Shown here in pieces: positions 25,761 to 33,756 of a stretch of 42,533 bases of DNA; position 1 is the first letter of the stretch; each line of letters starts with the position of its first letter. The translations under genes and the position numbers were made by a program. A model generated the notes under the pieces. That model did no database searches. It worked only from the letters and a program-made list of their open reading frames with translations, and was not told the origin of the DNA. Origin of the DNA: a virus; IMG/VR virus record IMGVR_UViG_3300010286_000001. One strand, 5' to 3'.

Positions 25761-25966
25761 GGAATAAATATTCCGCGCATGAAGTTGCAGTTATTCTCGC
25801 AAATGCGTTTGGTGATGATTGCGCTTGTAATTTTAATGACAACGACGAATGGTTGCCGATGGTGTGCGATTTTAGAGATACTGTTTGCCCTAACCCTTGC
25901 GGGGTCGCTTGCTGGGAACAGTATTTGAAACATAACCCTGAATTGCTAAAGGAGGTAGAGCCATGA
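25757..25966 (+). CDS. Cys-rich small protein (ends ...LLKEVEP)
   Basis: 69 aa with 8 Cys; ATGA overlap at both ends. Confidence 0.55.
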   Translation: MRNKYSAHEVAVILANAFGDDCACNFNDNDEWLPMVCDFRDTVCPNPCGVACWEQYLKHNPELLKEVEP

Positions 25967-26259
25967 GGCTGATTGATGCAGATGCAATTGAAAAGTTCTT
26001 GAAACGGCTCCGGCGAGAGTTACCAAAAGAAAGCCAAGACTTTTTCACCCGCGACGAAATGATACTTAATTTTCAGCAGTATGTACATATGCAACCCACA
26101 ATAGACGCTGTGCCTGTGGTGCGGTGTAAGGACTGTAAACAATACAACACAACCGACTGTTCGAAAGTGTTTGGCTGGTGCGATAAGATGAACAGAGTGG
26201 TACATGATGATTTTTACTGTGCTAATGGCGCAAAGATGGAAAGCGAGGGCAGTACATGA
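25963..26259 (+). CDS. Small protein whose C-terminal Cys-rich domain is paralogous to 24785-24967
   Basis: VVRCKDCKQYNTTDCSKVFGWCDKMNRVVHDDFYCANGAKME aligns by eye with YLCDTCLYAKNCQF...GFGWCENMDRGTHDEFYCASGKRLE. Confidence 0.55.
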   Translation: MRLIDADAIEKFLKRLRRELPKESQDFFTRDEMILNFQQYVHMQPTIDAVPVVRCKDCKQYNTTDCSKVFGWCDKMNRVVHDDFYCANGAKMESEGST

Positions 26260-26573
26260 TATACGCCGTAGACTTTGACGGTTACCTATGCCGCAACAAA
26301 TGGCCCAACATCGGTAAACCAAGACGGTTAATCATCTGGTATTTCAAGCGTAAAAAGCGACGTGGCCACAAGCTGATTCTCAACACCTGCCGAGAGGGCA
26401 AACTGCTGCAAGAAGCTATCGACTGGTGCGCGAAACATGGGTTGTATTTTGACGCCCATAACGAAAATCTCCCGGAGCGGATAGCTGAGTACGGTAGAGA
26501 TTGCCGTAAGATTAGCGCCGACCGTTACTGCGACGATAAAAACCATTGGCTGAGGCCATTGATAAGGAGGTAG
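26256..26573 (+). CDS. Minimal HAD-like phosphatase/nucleotidase candidate
   Basis: N-terminal MIYAVDFDGYL (DxDx motif I), LNTCREG (motif II-like), RYCDDKN (motif IV-like); only 105 aa. Confidence 0.5.
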   Translation: MIYAVDFDGYLCRNKWPNIGKPRRLIIWYFKRKKRRGHKLILNTCREGKLLQEAIDWCAKHGLYFDAHNENLPERIAEYGRDCRKISADRYCDDKNHWLRPLIRR

Positions 26574-26579
26574 AGAACG

Positions 26580-27110
26580 ATGGCAGAATTAAAAGACAGC
26601 GGAGCAAGGCGAAATTTTGGCACAGGTGCGGTGCGGGATGTTGCAGAGGGCAAGGGCAGATGTGATTTACTGCCGTTGGGCGTAATAGGCGAACAGACAG
26701 ATGACAACATCTTGTCTTTCATCGAAGCCTATATCCGAGATGGTGTACCTGAGCTTTTATGGGAAGCAATTTGTATCTTTTCCAAAAGACACTATAACGA
26801 AATCTTTACAGCCTTGCTTGAAGTCTCCAAACAGTACGAAGACGGCGCCCGCAAATACAATGAGCGCAACTGGGAGAAGGGCATACCGCTTCACTGTTAC
26901 ATAGATTCCGGCGTAAGACACTATCTGAAGTTCTTGCGCGGCGACAAGGACGAACCGCACGACCGGGCTTTCGTGTGGAATATGCTTGGAGCAATCTGGA
27001 CGCACGAAAATCATCCAGAGCTGATAGACTTACCGTTTGCGCAGAAGGACAACCCCGCCGAGGAGCCGCCGAAGGACAAGGCTGATGAAGCGGAAACGAA
27101 GCTGTTTTAA
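26580..27110 (+). CDS. dATP/dGTP diphosphohydrolase-like (DUF5664 / MazG-related) nucleotide pyrophosphohydrolase
   Basis: GKGRCDLLPL, GARKYNERNWEKGIPLHCYIDSGVRHYLKFLRGDKDEPHDRAFVWN is typical of this phage NTP-PPase family. Confidence 0.65.
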   Translation: MAELKDSGARRNFGTGAVRDVAEGKGRCDLLPLGVIGEQTDDNILSFIEAYIRDGVPELLWEAICIFSKRHYNEIFTALLEVSKQYEDGARKYNERNWEKGIPLHCYIDSGVRHYLKFLRGDKDEPHDRAFVWNMLGAIWTHENHPELIDLPFAQKDNPAEEPPKDKADEAETKLF

Positions 27111-27151
27111 AACGACGAGAGCGACCCCGAACCACTGAAAGAAGGTGCAAA

Positions 27152-27793
27152 ATGAGAATAATCAAACCCGACGTAATCATAATTGACAATCTCAGCGGCC
27201 CCGACATTCTGCGTAAGATCGAGTTGTGTGGGCGTACTTGCTATAAATCCGAGGACAAAAAAACCGACACCTCATCCGAGCAGTTTGTCCGCAACATAAT
27301 CAAGCGCGGGCATGAATCGGTGTTGGAGCACGTTAACATCACGGTCAAGTTTATTTGCGATAGGGGCGTAAGCCATGAGATTGTAAGGCACAGGATAGCG
27401 TCGTATAGTCAGGAGAGCACAAGATACTGTGATTACACCTCCGGCAGATTCGACTGTGGAATTACCGTTATTGAACCATGTTTTTGGAACAGAGGTTCAC
27501 AACAGTATTATGATTGGGAGATGGCTTGCCGTAAAGCCGAAGAAGCATATTTTGATCTTATAAAGGGCGGAGCCACCCCACAGGAAGCCCGCAGCGTCCT
27601 CCCTAACAGCCTAAAAACCGAGGTCGTAATGACGGCAAACCTCCGCGAGTGGCGGCATTTTTTGAAGCTCCGTACTTCTCCGGCAGCACACCCACAGATA
27701 CGAGAAGTGGCATTAATTCTCTTGGATAAGCTGAAAGAAAAAGTGCCGGTTGTGTTTGATGATATTGAGCCGAAAGAAGGTGGCGCAAAATAA
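27152..27793 (+). CDS. thyX: FAD-dependent thymidylate synthase ThyX
   Basis: HESVLEHV, then the ThyX signature VRHRIASYSQESTRY, then REWRHFLKLR. Confidence 0.85.
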   Translation: MRIIKPDVIIIDNLSGPDILRKIELCGRTCYKSEDKKTDTSSEQFVRNIIKRGHESVLEHVNITVKFICDRGVSHEIVRHRIASYSQESTRYCDYTSGRFDCGITVIEPCFWNRGSQQYYDWEMACRKAEEAYFDLIKGGATPQEARSVLPNSLKTEVVMTANLREWRHFLKLRTSPAAHPQIREVALILLDKLKEKVPVVFDDIEPKEGGAK

Positions 27794-27918
27794 AGGCCGA
27801 TATTCCTAACTACTCAGACCAAATCAAAAACATCATCGCCCTACTCAAACAGGCCGAATCCGACTACAAGTGGCATTACGAACAAGTCAACCAATGCGAC
27901 AAACTCACACAAGACCTG

Positions 27919-28179
27919 TTGCATAGCCTCGAATTAGACAAACTTACACCGAACGAGCGAAACAAACTCGCAACCAAATTGCGTAAGGTACGACGAGAAC
28001 GTAGGGTACATAAAGACATCGTTCAGGCTACGTTTCCAATAGCCGACTTCTTACAAAGCGAAAAGGGTAAACAGATTTACAGCCTACTCAATGAGGTGTT
28101 GGGCAAGACGCGTAAGGTCGAGGAGTATCGGAACAGCAGGGTTTATTATCCGAGAGTGATAAAAGAAAAGGAGGAATAA
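27919..28179 (+). CDS. Hypothetical coiled-coil protein. The frame is open upstream to 27769 with no canonical start, so the true start may be ATA 27790, coupled to the thyX stop.
   Basis: ORF track gives TTG 27919. The upstream in-frame sequence KADIPNYSDQIKNIIALLKQAESDYKWHYEQVNQCDKLTQDL looks coding. Confidence 0.5.
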   Translation: MHSLELDKLTPNERNKLATKLRKVRRERRVHKDIVQATFPIADFLQSEKGKQIYSLLNEVLGKTRKVEEYRNSRVYYPRVIKEKEE

Positions 28180-28180
28180 T

Positions 28181-28396
28181 ATGCCAGATTTTGAAAGCGG
28201 TGTTAGCTCTTACGTTAAAGGCGTAGCGATAGTAAGAGTGTTCTTTCCTGTAGACCATCGCGGCAATGCTGCAATCAATTGTAAGCAATGCCCTTACCTA
28301 TCAAGTAACGAGCGTATGTGTCAGTTAAATAAGCAGCCTGTAGCGTTTCCTGATAAATATGTGGGAGATTTGTGCCCGTTAGAAAAGGAGGAATAA
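28181..28396 (+). CDS. Cys-rich small protein
   Basis: 71 aa; RBS aggagg; NCKQCPYLSSNERMCQ...LCPL. Confidence 0.5.
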   Translation: MPDFESGVSSYVKGVAIVRVFFPVDHRGNAAINCKQCPYLSSNERMCQLNKQPVAFPDKYVGDLCPLEKEE

Positions 28397-28408
28397 CTTA
28401 TCAGCAAA

Positions 28409-29044
28409 ATGATTGCGATTATGGGAGAAAGCGGTTCCGGCAAAACAACTTCTACGAGAACGCTTGACCCCAAAACCACCTTTTACATCGACTGCGACAA
28501 AAAGGGACTAGCTTGGAAAGGATGGCGAACTCAATATAACTCCGAAAGTAAGAATTTTTATTCAGGGAGGGATTTGCAAAAAATTGAGCAGATTCTTAGA
28601 GGCGTAAGCGAGAAAAGGCCAGACATTTCCACAATCGTTATCGATACACTCAACACTTGCATGGTTGATACAGAGGTTAAGTCCATGAAAGAAAAAGGAT
28701 TTGACAAATGGATTGACCTGACGCAATACGTTTGGAATGTCTGCGAAACCGCCTCACAACTTCGTGATGATATAACCGTCATCATTATGTTCCACAGCGA
28801 AACAATTAGGGACGATTTTGGTTATTCGTTTACGCGCATAAAAACGAACGGCAGAAAACTCGAAAAGGTTGTGCTTGAAAGCCTGTTCTCAACAGTGCTA
28901 TTGGCTAAGCAAAACGACAACGGCGACTACGTTTTCTATACCAAAATGAAAAACAGCACAGCAAAAGCTCCTATGGGGGCATTTGATTCGGACGAGATTC
29001 CAAACGATTTACAAGCAGTTTTAAACGCACTTTCAGAATTTTAA
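28409..29044 (+). CDS. AAA_24 / Sak4-like RecA-fold ATPase
   Basis: N-terminal Walker A IAIMGESGSGKTT, Walker B-like TIVIDTL; about 210 aa and followed by a DUF669-like gene. Confidence 0.7.
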   Translation: MIAIMGESGSGKTTSTRTLDPKTTFYIDCDKKGLAWKGWRTQYNSESKNFYSGRDLQKIEQILRGVSEKRPDISTIVIDTLNTCMVDTEVKSMKEKGFDKWIDLTQYVWNVCETASQLRDDITVIIMFHSETIRDDFGYSFTRIKTNGRKLEKVVLESLFSTVLLAKQNDNGDYVFYTKMKNSTAKAPMGAFDSDEIPNDLQAVLNALSEF

Positions 29045-29063
29045 TATTAACGGAGGTAATTGC

Positions 29064-29654
29064 ATGAAACCTTTTAACGGCTACAAACCCGAAAAAATCG
29101 TAAGCAGAGAAACCCTTCCCGCAGGCGGTTACATAGCTGAAATCCTCAAGGCAGAGGAAGTCCCTTACGACTGGGGAAACGTACTCGTTATCAGCTTCGA
29201 CATTGCCGAAGGCCAGTACAAAGACCACTTTGAGAAAGACTACAAAGCGCAGACCAACGAGGACAGAAAGTGGCGCGGGACCTGTCGAATTAACATACCA
29301 AAGGACGACGGCACCGAAAAGGACGCATTCACCAAGAAGATGTTCAACAACGCAATGTACGCTATCGAAGACAGTAACCCCGGCTATAAATGGAATTGGA
29401 ACGAAACCACACTCAATGGCAAGAAAATCGGCGTTCTTTTCCGCAACAAGGAGTGGGAATACAACGGTAAAACAGGCTGGACAACCGAGTGCTACGCTCT
29501 CGCAAGCGTAAACGATATTCGTAGTGGCAACTATAAGATTGCAAAGGACAAGCCCTTGAAAAACAAGAGCGTAAGTACGGGTAACTTGCCCTTCTACGAT
29601 AGCCGCGAGCCTTATAGCGAGCTTTACGACAATGACAAAGACCTCCCGTTCTAA
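29064..29654 (+). CDS. DUF669-like (SSB-like partner of Sak4)
   Basis: LPAGGYIAEILKAEEVPYDWGNVLVISFDIAEGQY matches the DUF669 N-terminal pattern; synteny with AAA_24. Confidence 0.6.
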   Translation: MKPFNGYKPEKIVSRETLPAGGYIAEILKAEEVPYDWGNVLVISFDIAEGQYKDHFEKDYKAQTNEDRKWRGTCRINIPKDDGTEKDAFTKKMFNNAMYAIEDSNPGYKWNWNETTLNGKKIGVLFRNKEWEYNGKTGWTTECYALASVNDIRSGNYKIAKDKPLKNKSVSTGNLPFYDSREPYSELYDNDKDLPF

Positions 29655-29657
29655 TCA

Positions 29658-30188
29658 GTGCCTATGCACGCTTTAGACATGATGGATGCCCTTGACGGTA
29701 TGGTGTGTCTTGTTGATACCCGCGAGCAGGACACACCACGCCTGCGGGCAAGATTAGAGCGAATCGGTTGCCCCCATGAACGCACTACGCTCAACTTTGG
29801 CGACTACTCCGCAAAATTCCCCCTCCCCAACGGCGAGTGGTTCGATTTATCCAACAAAGTTGTTATCGAGCGCAAGATGAATATTGACGAGCTGTGCTAC
29901 TGTTACTGTCAAGAGCGAGAACGCTTTGAACGCGAGTTTGAACGAGCTAAACAAGCAGATGCAAAAATATATCTTCTCATTGAAGATGCCACGTGGGAGC
30001 ACATCTATAACGGCAAATATCGAAGCAAGATGCGCCCAACTGCACTTGTCGCTTCAATCTTTGCGTGGTTGGCTCGATACAATTGCCAAGTTATATTCTG
30101 TAAGGCTGAAACAACAGGACAGATTATAAAAGACATACTCTACCGCGAAGCTAAAGAGCGTTTGGAAAGGGGCGATGCCGATGAATAA
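29658..30188 (+). CDS. ERCC4/Mus81-type nuclease domain protein
   Basis: VDTREQ, FGDYS and VVIERKMNIDEL (GDY...ERK signature). Confidence 0.7.
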   Translation: MPMHALDMMDALDGMVCLVDTREQDTPRLRARLERIGCPHERTTLNFGDYSAKFPLPNGEWFDLSNKVVIERKMNIDELCYCYCQERERFEREFERAKQADAKIYLLIEDATWEHIYNGKYRSKMRPTALVASIFAWLARYNCQVIFCKAETTGQIIKDILYREAKERLERGDADE

Positions 30189-30294
30189 ATATGCAATCTA
30201 CGAAGCCGAAAAGAAACGCCTATACCTCATCTGCAAAGACAGCGCCGAGTACGAGCGTAAGTTAAAGCAGCTCGTCGAGCGGTTGAAACTATGA
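30181..30294 (+). CDS. Hypothetical 37-aa protein
   Basis: Fills the gap between the nuclease and the primase finger with overlaps at both ends (ATGA with 30291); no other support. Confidence 0.3.
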   Translation: MNKYAIYEAEKKRLYLICKDSAEYERKLKQLVERLKL

Positions 30295-30830
30295 GCGACA
30301 TTATTAAATACGCCGAGCTTATCCGAGCCTCCTTAAATATAGGCGATGTGGCCCGGTTTTACGGGTTGGAGTTTAATCGGGCCAAATTCGCCCTCTGCCC
30401 TTTCCATTCTGAGAAAACGCCGTCCTTTACGGTTCAAAACAGGCGTTTCGCCCACTGCTTCGGGTGCGGTTGGAACGGGGAAGTAATCAAGTTTGTGATG
30501 GACTTATTCGGCATATCGTTCCGAGCCGCCTGTGAGCGTCTGAACGATGATTTTCGCCTCGGCCTACCTCTTGACCGTAAGCCGACATTGCGCGAACAGC
30601 GCGAAGCAGAGGCGCGGTGGCGCGAATTGGAGCGTAAGAGGGAGCGTAGGGAGCAAGCCAGGCAACTTTACGACATAATGTACCATCGGCTTATGGATGA
30701 GTACATACGGCTCGACAAGCAGCGTACCGAGCACTTTCCTACCGTCCCGGACAAAGATTTCGACCCGCTTTACGTCGAGGCGGTTAAGAAAATTGATTAC
30801 ATTGAGTATTTAATCGACGTTTTATTATAG
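30291..30830 (+). CDS. DnaG-type CHC2 zinc-finger protein (primase zinc-binding domain only, no TOPRIM seen)
   Basis: CPFHSEKTPSFTVQNRRFAHCFGCGWNGEVIKFVMD. Confidence 0.75.
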   Translation: MSDIIKYAELIRASLNIGDVARFYGLEFNRAKFALCPFHSEKTPSFTVQNRRFAHCFGCGWNGEVIKFVMDLFGISFRAACERLNDDFRLGLPLDRKPTLREQREAEARWRELERKRERREQARQLYDIMYHRLMDEYIRLDKQRTEHFPTVPDKDFDPLYVEAVKKIDYIEYLIDVLL

Positions 30831-30846
30831 AGACCCACCATAGAAA

Positions 30847-32484
30847 GTGTGGTGTTTAGTACGCTTGAATGAAGCTATACAAAAGAAGCTTGACGAGATA
30901 CAAGACTATATAGCTCTTGGCGACTGGAAAGTTGACGATCACGGAGTAACGCTCGAAAAAGAAGTGATAAAAGGCGGCAAAGTCGTAGCGACAACAACCG
31001 AAACGGCTTCACCTATCCCGATTCTACCAACCGCCCTGCTTGAGAACATAGACAGCAATATTGAAAAACTTGAACTATCTTTCTTTAAGCACAATCGTTG
31101 GCAATCACTCATAACCGAGCGCTCCGTAACAGCTAATCGTAACGCGATAATCAAACTAGCCGACAAAGGGCTTGAGGTCAATTCAGACAATGCTGGTCTG
31201 CTCGTCAAGTACATAGCCGATGTTGTTGCGTGGAGCCTTCCCTACTTGCCACATAAGCCCGCAAAGTCCGTAATGGGCTGGGTTGACGATGAGTTTATGC
31301 CGTACACAGACAAAATCGTATTCGACGGTGACGACCAGTTTAAACATCTTTACAAATCAATAACGAGCAAAGGTACCTTGCAAGAGTGGATAGACTTTAT
31401 CGCTCCGCTTCGTAAGAACCTCGAATTGCGATTGTGTATGGCAGCGTCGTTCGCCTCCCCCCTAATCGAATTAATCGGTGAAAATCCGTTCGTGTTTCAC
31501 TTATGGGGCGGAACCGGCGCAGGAAAGACAATCGCACTCATGGTCGCAATGTCAATTTGGGGCAATCCGGCTATGGGCGCAATGACCCGTACAATGAATA
31601 TGACGGCTAACTCCATGTTGGCAACAGCGGCTTTTCTACGCAACCTACCATTCGCCGGAGACGAGCTTCAAACAATTAAATCACGCTGGACAAACTATGA
31701 CAACTTAATTATGTGCATCACGGAAGGCATTGACCGAGGCCGAATGTCCTACGATAAAGTCAACGAGATGAAAGCCTGGAAATGTAGCTTTCTCTTTTCA
31801 GGCGAGGAACCGTGCATCAAAGCAGCTTCTGGAGGTGGGGCCAAGAACCGCGTTATTGAGGTCGAATGCAAAGATAAGCTCGTGCAAAACGGCAACCTGG
31901 TGGCGAACTTCGTGCGGACGCACTATGGCTGCGCCGGAGAGCCATACATAGAACAAGTAAAGAAGGAGGATGTAGTCGAGCAATACAATCAACTTTTCGC
32001 AGAAATTCTTTCCAACACCGACACCACCGAGAAGCAAGCCGGTTCAATGGCAATCATGCTTGCAGCAGACCGCATAGCGTCCGAACTGTTCTGGCCCGCC
32101 GAGCGCCCCATTACTGTAAGCGACGTAACGCAGTACCTTGCAAGCGCCTCCGAAGTGGACGTAACCGAGCGAGCATATCAGTACATCTGTGGCGTAATCG
32201 CGGAAAATCAATCCAATTTTTACGATACATCGAAACAATTATGGGGTAGCATCGAGGGCGAATATGTCTACATAAACAAAAACGTGTTGTGTCGAATCAT
32301 GGAAGATGCGGGCTTCGACTTCGACGCCGTAAAAGCGAAATGGCACGAAAAAGGCTACTTGGAACGTAACAATCAGGGCAAGTACCATTATCACAAGTCA
32401 ATCGGGGGCATAAAAGCCATGTATGTGAAACTTAGACAAAGCGGTGCCGATGATTTTGTGCAAAACGACGAACTTCCGCTATAA
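30847..32484 (+). CDS. DUF927-type (Cch/SF3-like) replicative helicase
   Basis: Walker A HLWGGTGAGKTIAL, then WGNP....T.N..., Walker B LPFAGDELQ; followed immediately by iterons. Confidence 0.75.
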   Translation: MWCLVRLNEAIQKKLDEIQDYIALGDWKVDDHGVTLEKEVIKGGKVVATTTETASPIPILPTALLENIDSNIEKLELSFFKHNRWQSLITERSVTANRNAIIKLADKGLEVNSDNAGLLVKYIADVVAWSLPYLPHKPAKSVMGWVDDEFMPYTDKIVFDGDDQFKHLYKSITSKGTLQEWIDFIAPLRKNLELRLCMAASFASPLIELIGENPFVFHLWGGTGAGKTIALMVAMSIWGNPAMGAMTRTMNMTANSMLATAAFLRNLPFAGDELQTIKSRWTNYDNLIMCITEGIDRGRMSYDKVNEMKAWKCSFLFSGEEPCIKAASGGGAKNRVIEVECKDKLVQNGNLVANFVRTHYGCAGEPYIEQVKKEDVVEQYNQLFAEILSNTDTTEKQAGSMAIMLAADRIASELFWPAERPITVSDVTQYLASASEVDVTERAYQYICGVIAENQSNFYDTSKQLWGSIEGEYVYINKNVLCRIMEDAGFDFDAVKAKWHEKGYLERNNQGKYHYHKSIGGIKAMYVKLRQSGADDFVQNDELPL

Positions 32485-32486
32485 AG

Positions 32487-32756
32487 TTCCACCCATAGCA
32501 TGCTAAGGGTGGAACAAGGGTGGAACTCGGGTGGAACTAAAAAAGCTAGTGTTTTCAATGGTTACAGGTATATATATATGTCAGTTCCACCCCTCCACCC
32601 TAATTTAAGGGTCCTCGTACTGCGCGAGAAATATTTAGACATCCTTTCAAAATCGGGTGGAAGGGTGGAGAAAACCCGCAAACCCTTGTGTATCAACGGT
32701 TACAGCTTCCACCCTTGAGGGTGGAACTCGGTTGGAAGGGTGGAAGTGGGTGGAAC
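32487..32756. repeat. Replication origin: about 12 iterons GGGTGGAA(C) in both orientations around an AT-rich tract
   Basis: gggtggaac at 32507, 32518, 32529, 32719 and 32748. gggtggaa/gggtggag/ggttggaa at 32655, 32663, 32730 and 32738. Inverted gttccaccc/cttccaccc at 32487, 32584 and 32706. tatatatatatg at 32570-32580. Confidence 0.8.
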
Positions 32757-32813
32757 GCATAAAAGGGGGGTGTTTATATCGCGTCTTACGCTTTTAAATT
32801 CGAGCCGCAAGCG

Positions 32814-33116
32814 ATGAAAAATGAGCCGATACCAACCGACCTACGCGAAATCGATTTGCTCACATATTACGCTCTGTCATACATCTACAAGCTGTATCGT
32901 GATGGCGTAATCGACCGTAGCAGTGGGAGCCGGTTAAAACAATCCATCTTACATGCTTACGAAACAGCTACGGCGATCCGCACCAAGCATAGCAACATGT
33001 GGGCGCGAATCGAACAGGCCGCAACGAACTATTCGCACACACCTACGCTCGATAACGCAGACAAATTCTACGCGGCGGTTTATGGGTTGCCGGATGATTG
33101 GAGGGTGAAACGATAA
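32814..33116 (+). CDS. Hypothetical protein (frame open upstream to 32763; possible ATC 32778 start after a strong SD)
   Basis: 100-aa ORF. ATG 32814 has no SD, whereas aaggggggtg sits 5 nt before the in-frame ATC 32778. Confidence 0.5.
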   Translation: MKNEPIPTDLREIDLLTYYALSYIYKLYRDGVIDRSSGSRLKQSILHAYETATAIRTKHSNMWARIEQAATNYSHTPTLDNADKFYAAVYGLPDDWRVKR

Positions 33117-33117
33117 T

Positions 33118-33318
33118 ATGATGTTGTTAGACAAACCATTTACAAAAGAAGAAATCCGCAACACCCTAGATATGCTTGATGGTAATATTTCAAGAATTTG
33201 CGTTAGTGACAATGCAGAAGAAATTGTCCGTTCACTTGGATTTGCAATCAATCGACTTTCTATGATTGCCTATAGCAGAGTAAAACAATTATCTGTAAAT
33301 AAGGAAGAATCTAATTAA
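33118..33318 (+). CDS. Hypothetical protein
   Basis: 66 aa; ATG 1 nt after the previous stop. Confidence 0.5.
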   Translation: MMLLDKPFTKEEIRNTLDMLDGNISRICVSDNAEEIVRSLGFAINRLSMIAYSRVKQLSVNKEESN

Positions 33319-33358
33319 GGTTAACGCCAGCAAATTATGAGTCTTGGAAGGTGAAATA

Positions 33359-33541
33359 ATGCCAATAACTCTTTGCATCCAACCGTATTGTTAGGACTGT
33401 GACGAGTTTGAGCCAGTTGTTGGTAAAATCTACGAAAGGAGATGTGACGGAACACAAAGTGTTATTACAAACATTATTTGCACGCATGACGCGAGATGTG
33501 AGCACATCTACAAGTATATGAAAGCGAGGGAGAGTACATAA
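33359..33541 (+). pseudogene. Cys-rich small ORF with an in-frame TAG at 33392-33394
   Basis: Good RBS (ggaaggtga). MPITLCIQPYC-TAG-DCDEFEPVVGKIYERRCDGTQSVITNIICTHDARCEHIYKYMKAREST. There is no alternative start after the TAG. Confidence 0.3.
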
Positions 33542-33715
33542 TGCCACCCACTCTTACGCGCTCAAAAGCAATCCGCGCAAAAATGTATCGACTGTATGTG
33601 CGGTAACAAAGCCGAGGTTCGCCGCTGTCCTGCTCAGAATTGCCCGCTTTTTCCGTACAGATTAGGGCGATACGATAAGAGCCTATACAAAGATATACCC
33701 GAACAAGATGAGTGA
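33541..33715 (+). pseudogene. Small Cys-rich protein (AIRAKCIDCMCG...RRCPAQNCPLFPYRLG family) broken by one extra A in an A5 run (33579-33583)
   Basis: MPPTLTRSKAIRAK in frame 1, then CIDCMCGNKAEVRRCPAQNCPLFPYRLGRYDKSLYKDIPEQDE in the +1 frame. Removing one A joins them. Confidence 0.5.
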
Positions 33716-33756
33716 AAAAACCACGCAAAATATGATGTTTTTGGAGGTTAGATTGA

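Noticed and set aside
32500-32718. 72-aa ORF (MLRVEQGWNSGGTKK...)
   Set aside because: It lies entirely within the iteron field. Its sequence is dictated by GGGTGGAA repeats, it has no RBS, and it is better explained as the origin of replication.
33392-33394. Stop-codon reassignment (TAG read through or recoded), as in some gut phages
   Set aside because: TAG terminates several well-supported genes here, including the sigma factor (22052-22054), the Dit-like gene (9778-9780), the HAD-like gene (26571-26573) and the Com-like gene. No suppressor tRNA is present. A single in-frame TAG is better explained by a mutation or a sequencing error.
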